A DNA stretch of 63,310 nucleotides, counting the filler, from Reticulomyxa filosa (Eukaryota; Protista; Foraminifera): NCBI GenBank assembly GCA_000512085.1. It is 17 parts of 17 records of this genome, joined end to end, with 100 filler letters (N's around TTAATTAATTAA, not from the genome) between each part and the next. Parts side by side here need not be neighbours in the genome. Positions count along the whole stretch, not along the records: positions 33,087 to 42,395 come from ASPP01009837.1; positions 42,496 to 47,696 come from ASPP01020504.1; positions 47,797 to 51,203 come from ASPP01027185.1; 14 more parts are not named here. One strand, written 5' to 3'. The position numbers and the translations under genes are program-made. This document shows positions 37,640-47,899 of this stretch, in pieces; positions within the stretch are counted from its first letter, which is position 1; the number at the start of each line of letters is the position of its first letter. Under the pieces are notes generated by a model. It had not been told where the DNA came from and ran no database searches. It worked only from the letters and a program-made list of their open reading frames with translations.

Positions 37640-38525
37640 CAGTAGTTTGCAAAAAAACATTACACAAAAAAAAAGAGCTTTTTTAGTATTTGACTTGTAT
37701 ATCTTTATTGAAAATATCTAAAGTAAAAATAATTTTGTAGATACATATAAGATAGTACAACATAGATAAAAGTTATCTATAATTTGTTCTATCTTGCATT
37801 TATTTAAAAAATTCTGCATCATTCTTTTTCATCAGTGGTTTGAAAAATTGAAAGTTCAAAAAGAAACTATCTTACCAAACAAAAAAAGTTCAAAATTAAT
37901 TATACAAATAAGAAAGTAAAAGTCATTATGTGTAAGTAATGTGATGAGTTTACAAATAGAATAGCTTTGCAAATGCTTTTGGATGAACAGTCTATGCGAA
38001 AAGTGGTAAAACAAGATATGAATACAATTTAGAACATTTGGTGGATTGCCAAGTGACTTGCTCACAAAAATAGACTATTCTCCAGCAAAGAGTATGTCTT
38101 TGAGTAGTTTAGCAAGAATTTATACTCGATTGAAGGTGATTTTTGTGATAGCTTATTGCTTCAATGCATAAGCACATTCATGATATGATAAAGGTCAAGT
38201 GCAATATCACAAAGTGGTATATTACACATAAAGCTTCTTTTAAACACAAGTTTAAGCGTTTGTTAAATAGATTATTTTTTCTTTACAGTTTGACATAGAT
38301 ATTAAAAAATTTTTGTACAAAAAAAAAAGCATAATAAAAAAATTGATTGTGTAACCTTTCGAATAAATGCAAGATAATATATTGCAACATGGATAAAATA
38401 TAGTCTGTGATTTGTTCAATGTACCTACAAAATTATTTTTACTTTAGATATTTAAATAAAGATATACAAGCCAAATACTAAAAAAGCAATACTTTTTTGG
38501 GTGTACTATTTTTTGCAAACTACTG
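37640..38525 (+). mobile_element. 886-bp non-autonomous Tc1/mariner-IS630-type element, copy 2, both ends intact
   Basis: TA|CAGTAGTTTGCAAAAAA...TTTTTGCAAACTACTG|TA. TIRs ~170 bp. Transposase remnant from ATG 37928: MCK*CDEFTNRIALQMLLDEQSMRKVVKQ. Confidence 0.88.
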
Positions 38526-38686
38526 TATTTTTTGAGGAAATACAATTTAAATTATATTGAGTTATTGAATTCACTATATGTGGAAAAAAGAATGACATAA
38601 TACTAGTGATATAGATATATAGAAAAGACAATGTTTTGTGGTATTATTATAGTATGGATATGCTTTGATGCTAAATGCAGTGGACA

Positions 38687-38912
38687 TGTGGGGAGTCTGC
38701 GGTGAAGAGCTTCACTAAATGTAATACGAAAGAGTGTTACTCGAAATGGGAGTGACTTTCAGTAAACAAAAGTAAATTAAAGAATAAATCAAAGCACAAA
38801 AGAAAGTAAAGAAAGCAGTAAGTAAGAGGTAGTTTGTTGAGGAGGTTTAACCCAAAGGGAGCTCTTCAGTTCCATAAGCGTTCGGCCATGCGTGATAAGG
38901 GCTTGTCCTACA
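38687..38912 (+). mobile_element. 226-bp solo-LTR-like element, copy C (diverged subfamily)
   Basis: TGTGG...CTACA ends. TSD GACA at 38683-38686 and 38913-38916. Shares TGTAATACGAAAG, TTCAGTAAA, GGTTTAACCCA and GTTCCAT with copy A, in the same order. Confidence 0.8.
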
Positions 38913-40049
38913 GACATACTTGCAAAATTTATTTATGAGTTAATTATATAATTTATAAAAAAATATTATCTAATGAAATGAAAAAGCATTACATATTGAC
39001 TATCAATAATAGAAACTAGTAGTTTTTATAATATAATGCAAAACGCAACAAATGTAAAGCAAATAAATGACTTAGATTTAGTCATTTATACAAATTTAAA
39101 TCTCAGTAATATATTGTTCTTATTATAAAGTTTTTTATTTGTTTAAAGTTTTTTTTTCTTGTATAATATGCAACTCCAAATCAATTGTAATTGCAACTAG
39201 CAAATAACACTAATTAATTAAATGATTTGATGTTTATGTTTTCATTCGATTAAACGCTTATGATACTTTTATATAAATATATATTGTAATTTGTCATATT
39301 CAATATGCTAATATTACGATCTAGTTTTGCAAAAATGTCACTTCGTCAAATGCAATTGTTGGAATTTCACTTAGGATTATGTGTCGCAGTGAGTTGGCAA
39401 ATGTTATGTCAATACTATTCAAATTAACTATAATTCAGGATTTATATTGTGCAAATGCATTTTTTTGAATTTTCTTTATATTCATACTCACGCTATTCAT
39501 GTGTTTTTTAATTAAAACTGTTATTAATACCTAAGCTTTTAAATACATCATAATGAATTATGCCACTTATCTTACAAATAACACAACACAAGTCATGAAT
39601 AAGTGTTTAAACAAACACAAAACACTTTTTAACTTAACACGCAAAACTGAATTTACTGACAAATACCTGACTTAGAATTCTTCTAATTGTTTTGGAAGTT
39701 CTTTGATAAATCATCTTAACTGCTCATTTCATTGAGAACGGGTTCGGGTTCAGCCATATCATTCAATAAATTTATCGATTATAAATTTTTTTACAAAGAA
39801 AAGTGCGATGTTGCGGAACAGTAGAATCAAATCCATAAAAAACTGTTGTATAATCGATTATAGAAAAACTGTAAAGAGATAGAATCAATAAAAACGTTTG
39901 AAGTGCACAATGATTCCTTTAATATAACATGACGTGGAAGCTGTTGGATGTTAATCCCTAATTTTTTACTTAACAATAAAAATTAAAACCTGATTTAAAA
40001 AAAGATTGGGACGAATACAAAAACAAGAAAACGTAAGCAAGACATTCAG

Positions 40050-40562
40050 TTATTGTGGATTTGATGACTGAGATTTGATGTCGGTTTGGAGGTTATCAGA
40101 AACAACACCACTGACCCCTATGCTACTAAGAGAGGAAAGAGTGGTGGTATCATCATCGTCGTCTTTGTTATCACCTTTATTTTTCAATGGGATATTGTTT
40201 TCCATTGCATACGTTTGAACATTTGTTTTCAGTTGTTGAATACGCATAAAAATGTTTTCGATCGTTTGTCTTATTCTCTGTACTTGTTTGCTATAGTTTT
40301 GAAACTTATCCAAAACTATTGGTGATATTTCTGTACACTCATCCAAAATTTTTGTTGCCTGTCGAATATTCTCCAATCTATTTATTCATATTTGCCCCCT
40401 CCCCTATGATTTCAGCTCTTTAGAGAACAAGTTTCTTTTACGTTTCAGTATTAACGCTTTTTGTTGCTGGAGATAAATATTTTTCACAACAAATAAGTGC
40501 TCTTCGTTTTCAAAAAATGCAATATTTATTTGAGGAGGACAATCTGTGCTTCCAGTGTTCAT
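40050..40562 (-). CDS. KxDL/KXD1-like BORC/BLOC-1 subunit, 2 exons
   Basis: Spliced VKNIYLQQQKA/LENIRQATKIL...FQNYSKQVQRIRQTIENIFMRIQQLK resembles the KXD1 motif LDSIFRRIRTLK. Confidence 0.55.
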
Positions 40563-40840
40563 TTATATTTATTTTGCTGTGCCAAAGCTTCGTAAAGTGA
40601 ACTTCTTAAAAAAAAGAGAAAGTCCTGACCGAACCAAAGATAGATTTGATGGAAATCAAGCAAGCAGACGTTTAATTCTTTTTTTTTTTTGAAATCTTTG
40701 CATAAAACTATTCCCTATTATTATAGCACTATGAAACAGAGTAAACGAATTGAAGGTACTTTGGCACGTGGACAAACAGCAAAGAAAAAGTGGTCCTTTT
40801 TTTTTAAGGAGCAAAATATTCAAAGCATTTGCAAAAGAGT

Positions 40841-42395
40841 GATGAATTCACCTTCTGATAATGTTGCAAGGAGCAACTATGGTCCTGCTAGAGGGGGTGG
40901 TGTTAGTGGCGTGAAGTCAAGCTTCGGGCCATATGACAAACGCAGTGCGTTTAACTTGCAAACAGCGCGTTCGGGAATTCGACTGTTGCCGAGAAGTTCC
41001 TCCTTGACCGATGTGTACGAAAGTCCAGAAAAAAGTTCGGACAAAAAGGATTCGGACTCGCTGTTGTGGTCGTTGACAAAGTCGATGGCGAAGTCGGTGG
41101 CGGGTCTGTATCGTCTAGCGACACAAACGTCAGAGACGAACACGACAATTACAGATAACTTTACGCCAACAAAGTTGGAAGGGCAATTTGAGAAGCATCG
41201 TAAGGCAGAGCATAGGGATAAAAGAGTGTCAACACAGTCACCACGACGCCACCACCATCAACAGCAACAACAGCAACAGCAGCAACAACAACAGCAACAA
41301 TCCCAATCCTATCCACCCTATAGACAAGAAGCCGAAGATCCAATCGACCAGGAACAGCCTTTGACACAAGAATCACAAAACACGCAAGACACACAGTTGA
41401 CACAATATACACAAGAAACGCAAGAAATCAAAGGAGGAATAGTAAGAGGAAGAGAAGAAGAAGAAGAAGAAGAAAGAAAAGATCTGGAACCTTTGGAAAT
41501 GGTAGCAAGACCACGATACGACACGCTACGTATACCGCAGATAACTCCCCAACCCACAGTAACCACGGCAACACTATTTGCACGGCCGATCGAGAACAGA
41601 CAGAACCGCTATCATAGTTCCACGCCTTCTTCCTCGCAGTACGCGGTCAGCGAGGCGAGGACGTCGGTGTCTCGCATCGCCGAGGCGCTAAAGGCGGTGC
41701 TGACCCCGGCGGAAATGCGAGAGTTATGTGGCGAGCTGTGGTCGCAAGGCGATGACAACAGTTCGACGAGATCGCAAGACTGGTATCGCGACAGAGCATT
41801 GCAACTGGCCAAGTGGAAGCACTGTCCCAATCAAGCCACCCCACGTTTCAGCGCTATCGGTCTCAAGCGCACGTTCACGCAAATGTCGGATCGGAGGAGG
41901 AGGAGGAGGAGGAGGAGTAGTAGTAGGCGGCTATTATCGAACTATGCCCAATGATGTAATGGGTGATGATGCAACGGATGCCACTGGCTTCACCGCTAAA
42001 CGGATCAAATACTCCACCGCTGCCATTACTTCTGCTGCATTTCATGACACCCTGGACGAGTCCGACCTCGGGAAAAACAAGGACAACGACGCGGCCCATG
42101 CCAAAAAGAAAAAGAAAAAGAAAGTGAAAGAAGAGAAACAAAAGAAGAAAAAGAAAAACAAACTCACAAAGAGTCATACTGTTCATATTGGCACCAGCAC
42201 CAATGTTGATCGAAACAATAGTCGTGCAAATCACAATAGCAATGCCCTGACCCTTGTTCATTCCAACGCTATTGCAAACAATACTAACACTAATAATAAG
42301 AATAATAAGAATAAGAATAATAAGAATAATAATAATAATAATAATAAGAATAATAGCAATAGCAATCATTTGAATGATAACAATGATAATGATAA
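40841..42395 (+). CDS. Low-complexity protein (poly-Q, poly-E, poly-G, poly-K, poly-N), partial, apparent frame change at ~41890
   Basis: Overlapping 421-aa and 239-aa ORFs meeting at a (GGA)n tract. Start codon uncertain. Confidence 0.55.
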
Positions 42396-42509
42396 NNNNN
42401 NNNNNNNNNNNNNNNNNNNNNNNNNNNNNNNNNNNNNNNTTAATTAATTAANNNNNNNNNNNNNNNNNNNNNNNNNNNNNNNNNNNNNNNNNNNNAAAAA
42501 AAAAAAAAA

Positions 42510-43153
42510 AAACTGTTGTTTTTGGACGGTCTCTTGACCGGAGCGACATTTCTCGAGTCATTCGACCGCGGTGCGGTTAGATAGTTTTGTTGCGACTGTG
42601 GTGACTGTTGTTGCTGTTGCTGTTGCTGTTGTTGACGTTGTGCACTGTTGGGCTTGTCCGGCAACGAGAGCGAAGGAACTCGAGCCATCGGATCCGAGGT
42701 ATGTTTCTTAGGCTTATGTCTCAATTGGACGGCAGACCCTTGGGCGTGGTTCCAGTACTCCAATGACGAGTTGCTCGCGCGGTCACTCTGAGAAGGGCTG
42801 GGTGGTGGCTGCACTACTTTTCTGTCGTTTGTCATTATGTCTTGAGGGTTTGGAACATTTTGAATATTTTGAACATTTTGAAGATTTGCAATATTTTGAA
42901 GATTTGGAAGGGTCTGCGGATTTATGACTGTCGGGACTGCTGTCACGCCAAAGTGCCCTGCATTGCCAATCCCACTCATTCCGCTTTCGTGCATTCTCAC
43001 CGCTGCAGGGCGACCCATTTCGTCATACAATATTTCCGCATGACTTGTTTGGATCTTTTTTTAAAAAACAAAACATATACATATATGTATACATGTATAT
43101 ATGTATATGTGTATATCTTATCTCTTTTCTAATGCTCATTAAAACATTTCCCC

Positions 43154-43189
<36 letters not shown>

Positions 43190-44966
43190 GTAAGTAGTTA
43201 TATAATCAATACATACAATTGGACCAGGCAAGCTTGGTAGCGAGCTTCCGCTGCTTCTAATGGTATCAACGCCAACACACCACAATGTGCAAGTGAAAAC
43301 AAGCAAAGAGAGAATAAAGGAGGATGGTAAAAAAGTATATAAAAAAAAAAGGGGGGAAAGAAAGAACACAAACATATGTGTGATTGAAAATTCACATGGG
43401 GACGTGAATGCCATTAACAGCAGTGCTCCTGCCCACTTGGTAATGCAAAAATACTGCACAAAACAGAATGCCGCAACAAATTCCAAAAAATATTCCCAGC
43501 ACGATTACTTATAAACACAAGTCAATACAATATATACATACATATATATGTATATATGTATACACATATATATATTACAATATGAAAGCAAAACAAAGAA
43601 TTGAAACGAAACTAATGATCATAAGCGGAGTCAAGCCGCCATATTTGGACTGAGATAGTTTGTTTTTGGTAGTAGTTGTGGTACTTGCTGAAGAAGTTGT
43701 TGTTGTGGTTGTGCTGTTTCCAATTTCAGTAGAATTTGAAATGGACAGCACTTTGCGAAGCAGAGCTTTGCTTCGTTCATTCTTGTCTTCCATTGTCTAT
43801 TGACCACCACACATACACACAAACAATCAAATCCTCTTAGAAAGAAATACATACATGTAGAAAAAATGAAAAAAAAAAAAAAAATAGACAATCGCAAAAG
43901 ATACGTGAGTAATGGAACGGATGAGATCAACGTCATGGCAATTTCCATAACACAAACAATTGCCTTCTTTTGTATTACAATTCAAGGTACTGTTCTACCG
44001 AACATGTTTGTCCATGTGCATGGTATTTTTTTTCCTCCCGCCCCCCCCCCTCTCCTCTTCCTCCACAAAACTGACAATATGATGCACATACATTATACAT
44101 ATAAGAAAAGGAAACGAAACCACACAGTCTCCATTGTTGCAATGGACCGAACAAGCAAAGTTGTCAATCGTATTGCAGTTGATTGCTTGGTCGATGATTG
44201 CATTATCTCCATTGGATTCCAGCTCACATGATGCAACGCTTCCTTTTTTTTTTTTTTTTTTTTTTTAAGTTAATCATTCTTTATTCACTTTGAACAACAC
44301 TTTTAATTATATACACATGTACATATACATATATACGTATATGTATATATGTATGTCTTTTTATTTGCTGCTGCACAATGTTGGTGTTGTTGGTTTGAGT
44401 GCGGAGAGAAAACATTTGAAATTCAAGGTTGATTTGTATGGACCGACCATAGCATCCAAAGACCCCATTTCGACAAGCTTCGGCATTGTTGCACTGCTGA
44501 TGACAAGAAATAAGTCTTGGAGTTCCCCAAGTCCAGCTGCTGTGTCCTGGTCCGACGTGAGATCCACAGTGCACGCGCACTTGTTCACATGCCCCATCCG
44601 TACCCACACACAATGTGCTTATATTCTTCCCACTATACACATTTACATTCGCACATGCGCCCTTGCCTGAACATTCCAATTGCACTCCGAGCACTGACGC
44701 TGAGGCGGGACATATTATGTTCATGTTGTTGCATGGGGCACTTTCTATTCGTTTTTTTTTTTTTTTTTGCAAAACAATGTTTTGCAGTTCCATTGTGCCA
44801 AGGCTTCTCCGCTTCAAGATAAGGACAAAAAGATTTTGCTTGTCTCTTTACGGTTGCAGAACACTTTGTAAATGGAACTGCCGTTGCAATTGAGATTTTT
44901 TGTTTGTATCAAGGCAATTCCTGATATTGACAAAATTGTCGTACAAAGTAAAATTAGTTTAATCAT
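42510..44966 (-). CDS. Type I single-pass membrane protein with Cys-rich ectodomain and low-complexity cytoplasmic tail, multi-exon, partial
   Basis: Signal peptide MIKLILLCTTILSISGIA from ATG 44966. Repeated C-x-G-x-x-AC motifs, a Thr-rich stalk, TM segment IVLGIFFGICCGILFCAVFL, and a Q/P/S-rich tail. Confidence 0.6.
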
Positions 44967-45333
44967 TTAGAGGATATTGTTTTGCTCTCCCGAATGTTTT
45001 TGTTTGCTTCTTCCTAAAAAGGTTAAGGACAGTCAACACGCTTTAGATTTTGTACTTTAGACGCAAGCCAAATTCAAGCTGTGAAATAAAAAATTTATTG
45101 TGACGATACAAGAGAGAATGCTTATCTTTCTTAATAGACACTCTTTCTCTGTAACAACCTACAAAAAAGATAACAATCATCAAACATTTGTAATGTACAA
45201 AATCACTAAAAGTGTTTGTGGACTGTAGTGTTACATCAAAGCATACTAGGTGTTCTTTTCGGCCAAGAAACGGTTTGATTAAAAAAAACTCGTTTTTTCG
45301 ATTAATAATCTGAAATTGTGAAAAAGGGTGAAA

Positions 45334-45972
45334 ATGTCCAGCTGGCATGGCAGGATAGCAAGTAAATTGAGTAGTCGGACCTTGGTGCAAAAGAGCTATG
45401 GTCATAGACATTTCTCTCTGCGCACGATTCCCAACGTGGTGAGAACGCAAGACGGAGCACACATCCCAGACGCAGTGTTGCCATTTAATTTTGACTTTGT
45501 GGACGACAGGTTGAGAAAAGCATTAGTTCGTCGCAAAATAAATGTAGATGAGGTGGAACGGTTATACAACAGCCAAGTCCGTAATGACTATGAGTTCAAC
45601 AGCCCGGCATTGCCGCAACAGGATTCACCATTATGGGGCTACGTGTACGGTGAGCATTTGGTGCGATCAAAGGTCCGCTTAGAAACACTTTCGAAAGAGG
45701 AAGAATTTTTACGTAAATACTTACAATGCACCGTGGACGAATTGACCACTCGAATGAAGCGATATTACCCTCAATTGGACTGGCAAAGTCGCTTTGAATA
45801 CGAAATCGCGCAAGTCAAATTGCCCATTAACGAAGAGCTAGAAGATTGCTACGCCGACGCAACCGCCGAAGTGATCAGCCGATCTCCCAGCGCTTACATT
45901 TCTTTCCATAAAAACAATGCCTTCATTCAAAAGTATGACGACAATGACGAATTCAAAGACCACGTTAACTAA
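45334..45972 (+). CDS. Unknown protein with mitochondrial-presequence-like N-terminus
   Basis: Single-exon ORF. The N-terminus is R/S/K-rich, lacks acidic residues and ends in RHFS. Confidence 0.65.
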   Translation: MSSWHGRIASKLSSRTLVQKSYGHRHFSLRTIPNVVRTQDGAHIPDAVLPFNFDFVDDRLRKALVRRKINVDEVERLYNSQVRNDYEFNSPALPQQDSPLWGYVYGEHLVRSKVRLETLSKEEEFLRKYLQCTVDELTTRMKRYYPQLDWQSRFEYEIAQVKLPINEELEDCYADATAEVISRSPSAYISFHKNNAFIQKYDDNDEFKDHVN

Positions 45973-46471
45973 AAAAAAAAAACAAAAAAAACCACATACT
46001 TTCATGATGTTCATTGTGGGGGGTCCTTAAGAAACCAACGTTCACTTGTAACTATAATTTTTTTCAAAATTTCTTCTCTTACCCCCTTTTGCTTTTTAGA
46101 CATACGTATACTTTACTTTTCTTTTTTTTACGTTTTTTTTTTTTTTGTTTGTTTGTTTAAAAAAAAATCTTTCAATTTTGTTGAATTGGATTGGTGATGT
46201 GTAAACAGCTTCCACAACAATTGGAAAAGAAACTTCTCGCATATTATGAATTTTTGTGGGACCATTCCTCCTCAGTTTATTTTTTAAAATTTTTTGCTTA
46301 TTGTCTTTGATTGATATTTTTATTTTTTGTGTTTTTTTTTTAAGCTTTCTATACACACATACTGCACAACATTGATATTGTGTATCCTACATATAAGCAT
46401 ACATTAAAAAAAAAAAAAAAATTAAAAATAAATAAAAACAGAAAGTAGACAAAAGCAAATATTTTGGAAAA

Positions 46472-47644
46472 ATGAAAGCTGTTGACAAAGCATTGAGCCC
46501 ATTGGAAGCCTTGTCATCGCAATTTCGAAAGAGCTGGGACGGATTTGTTGAGGAAAGCTTTGCTCAATCGGATATTGCAGCCGTTTCGTCAGTGATAAGT
46601 ATTGTGCAAGACTCAACAAGCGTGGTGGACGTCAAGACAGGGAAATCAGCGAAGGAGTTGGTTGATGAAATTTGGAATATTTTGGACTTTGGTTCGCGTT
46701 CGTTGAGCCCCGCGCAAGCTACACTGTGTGGAAATTTATTTTTCGGAAAGGGTTGCACTGACAACTTGGTGGATAAAGATAGTCACAAGGTGAAGAATAT
46801 TCTCGTTAACACCGATTTGGAACGATTGAAAGTGTTGCGACAGGCCGTTGAAGTCAAAGAGTATTTAAAGAATCACTCGATAAGTCGTTTATTGATAGGA
46901 GTGTTGATTCATCAATTCCCAGTTAAATTTGCCCCATTATTTACTCAAGAATCAGCTTTGCAATCCTTTGTGACTCAAAACCAAACCTCGTTTGAAACGT
47001 ATGCTTCTCAATTAAAGACATTGTACGGTGCCCAAGAAACCTTTGCAGAGTCGTTGCGACAATTTAAAGATTCCATTCGCGAAAGCACAAATCTCAAATG
47101 CTGTGCTATTTTTAATTCTTTCAATGTATTGAAAGCACATGTGAAATTGACGGATCAGTGTCCTTTGACCATATCTTTAGAGAGTGCAGCAAAACGTGCA
47201 CAAGAAAAAGGTGATATTCATGCAGAATTGAAGCTGAGAAGTACTTCCAAATATTTGAAAACTTCCAAGAATGTACCTTGGTATAAATTATTCCGTACTA
47301 TTAACGCACCTCGAAGAGGTGAATTTTGTGGTGATGGATTGGAAGCCATAAGCACGTATGCAGCAACTAATGGAAATGAAGCCTTTGAAACTTTATTTAA
47401 GAGTATTGTGGAATCACTTAAGTCGAATGCTTTGTTGTCTTCTGAAGTTAATACAATCAAATCCAGTTTAGCCAAACAATGGGAACAAGTGCAGAAAAAT
47501 GCAGTCAAAGTCAATGAAGCAAGAATCAACGCAAACAATGCGCTTTATCAAATCCAACTTCAACATGATGATTTGAACTTTAACCGAATCAGAGATAATT
47601 ACAATCCTTTGGATATTTACTTGTCCAACTATAATTATCTTTGA
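46472..47644 (+). CDS. Unknown 390-aa helical protein
   Basis: Single-exon ORF from ATG to TGA with coding-like composition. Confidence 0.75.
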   Translation: MKAVDKALSPLEALSSQFRKSWDGFVEESFAQSDIAAVSSVISIVQDSTSVVDVKTGKSAKELVDEIWNILDFGSRSLSPAQATLCGNLFFGKGCTDNLVDKDSHKVKNILVNTDLERLKVLRQAVEVKEYLKNHSISRLLIGVLIHQFPVKFAPLFTQESALQSFVTQNQTSFETYASQLKTLYGAQETFAESLRQFKDSIRESTNLKCCAIFNSFNVLKAHVKLTDQCPLTISLESAAKRAQEKGDIHAELKLRSTSKYLKTSKNVPWYKLFRTINAPRRGEFCGDGLEAISTYAATNGNEAFETLFKSIVESLKSNALLSSEVNTIKSSLAKQWEQVQKNAVKVNEARINANNALYQIQLQHDDLNFNRIRDNYNPLDIYLSNYNYL

Positions 47645-47796
47645 AAAAATAAATAAAGATGAAATTTGCTGTCTTTGTTCATCTTCAAACTTTTTTNNNN
47701 NNNNNNNNNNNNNNNNNNNNNNNNNNNNNNNNNNNNNNNNTTAATTAATTAANNNNNNNNNNNNNNNNNNNNNNNNNNNNNNNNNNNNNNNNNNNN

Positions 47797-47832
<36 letters not shown>

Positions 47833-47899
47833 CATTTTTAACAAACAAAGCAATAAAAAAATTTTTACAAATAAATGTATAAATATTAATATAATGAAT

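Noticed and set aside
37157-38912. Inverted LTR-like pair as one composite or DIRS-like element
   Set aside because: Each copy has its own TSD, the two are divergent, and the interior is a separate TA-flanked transposon.
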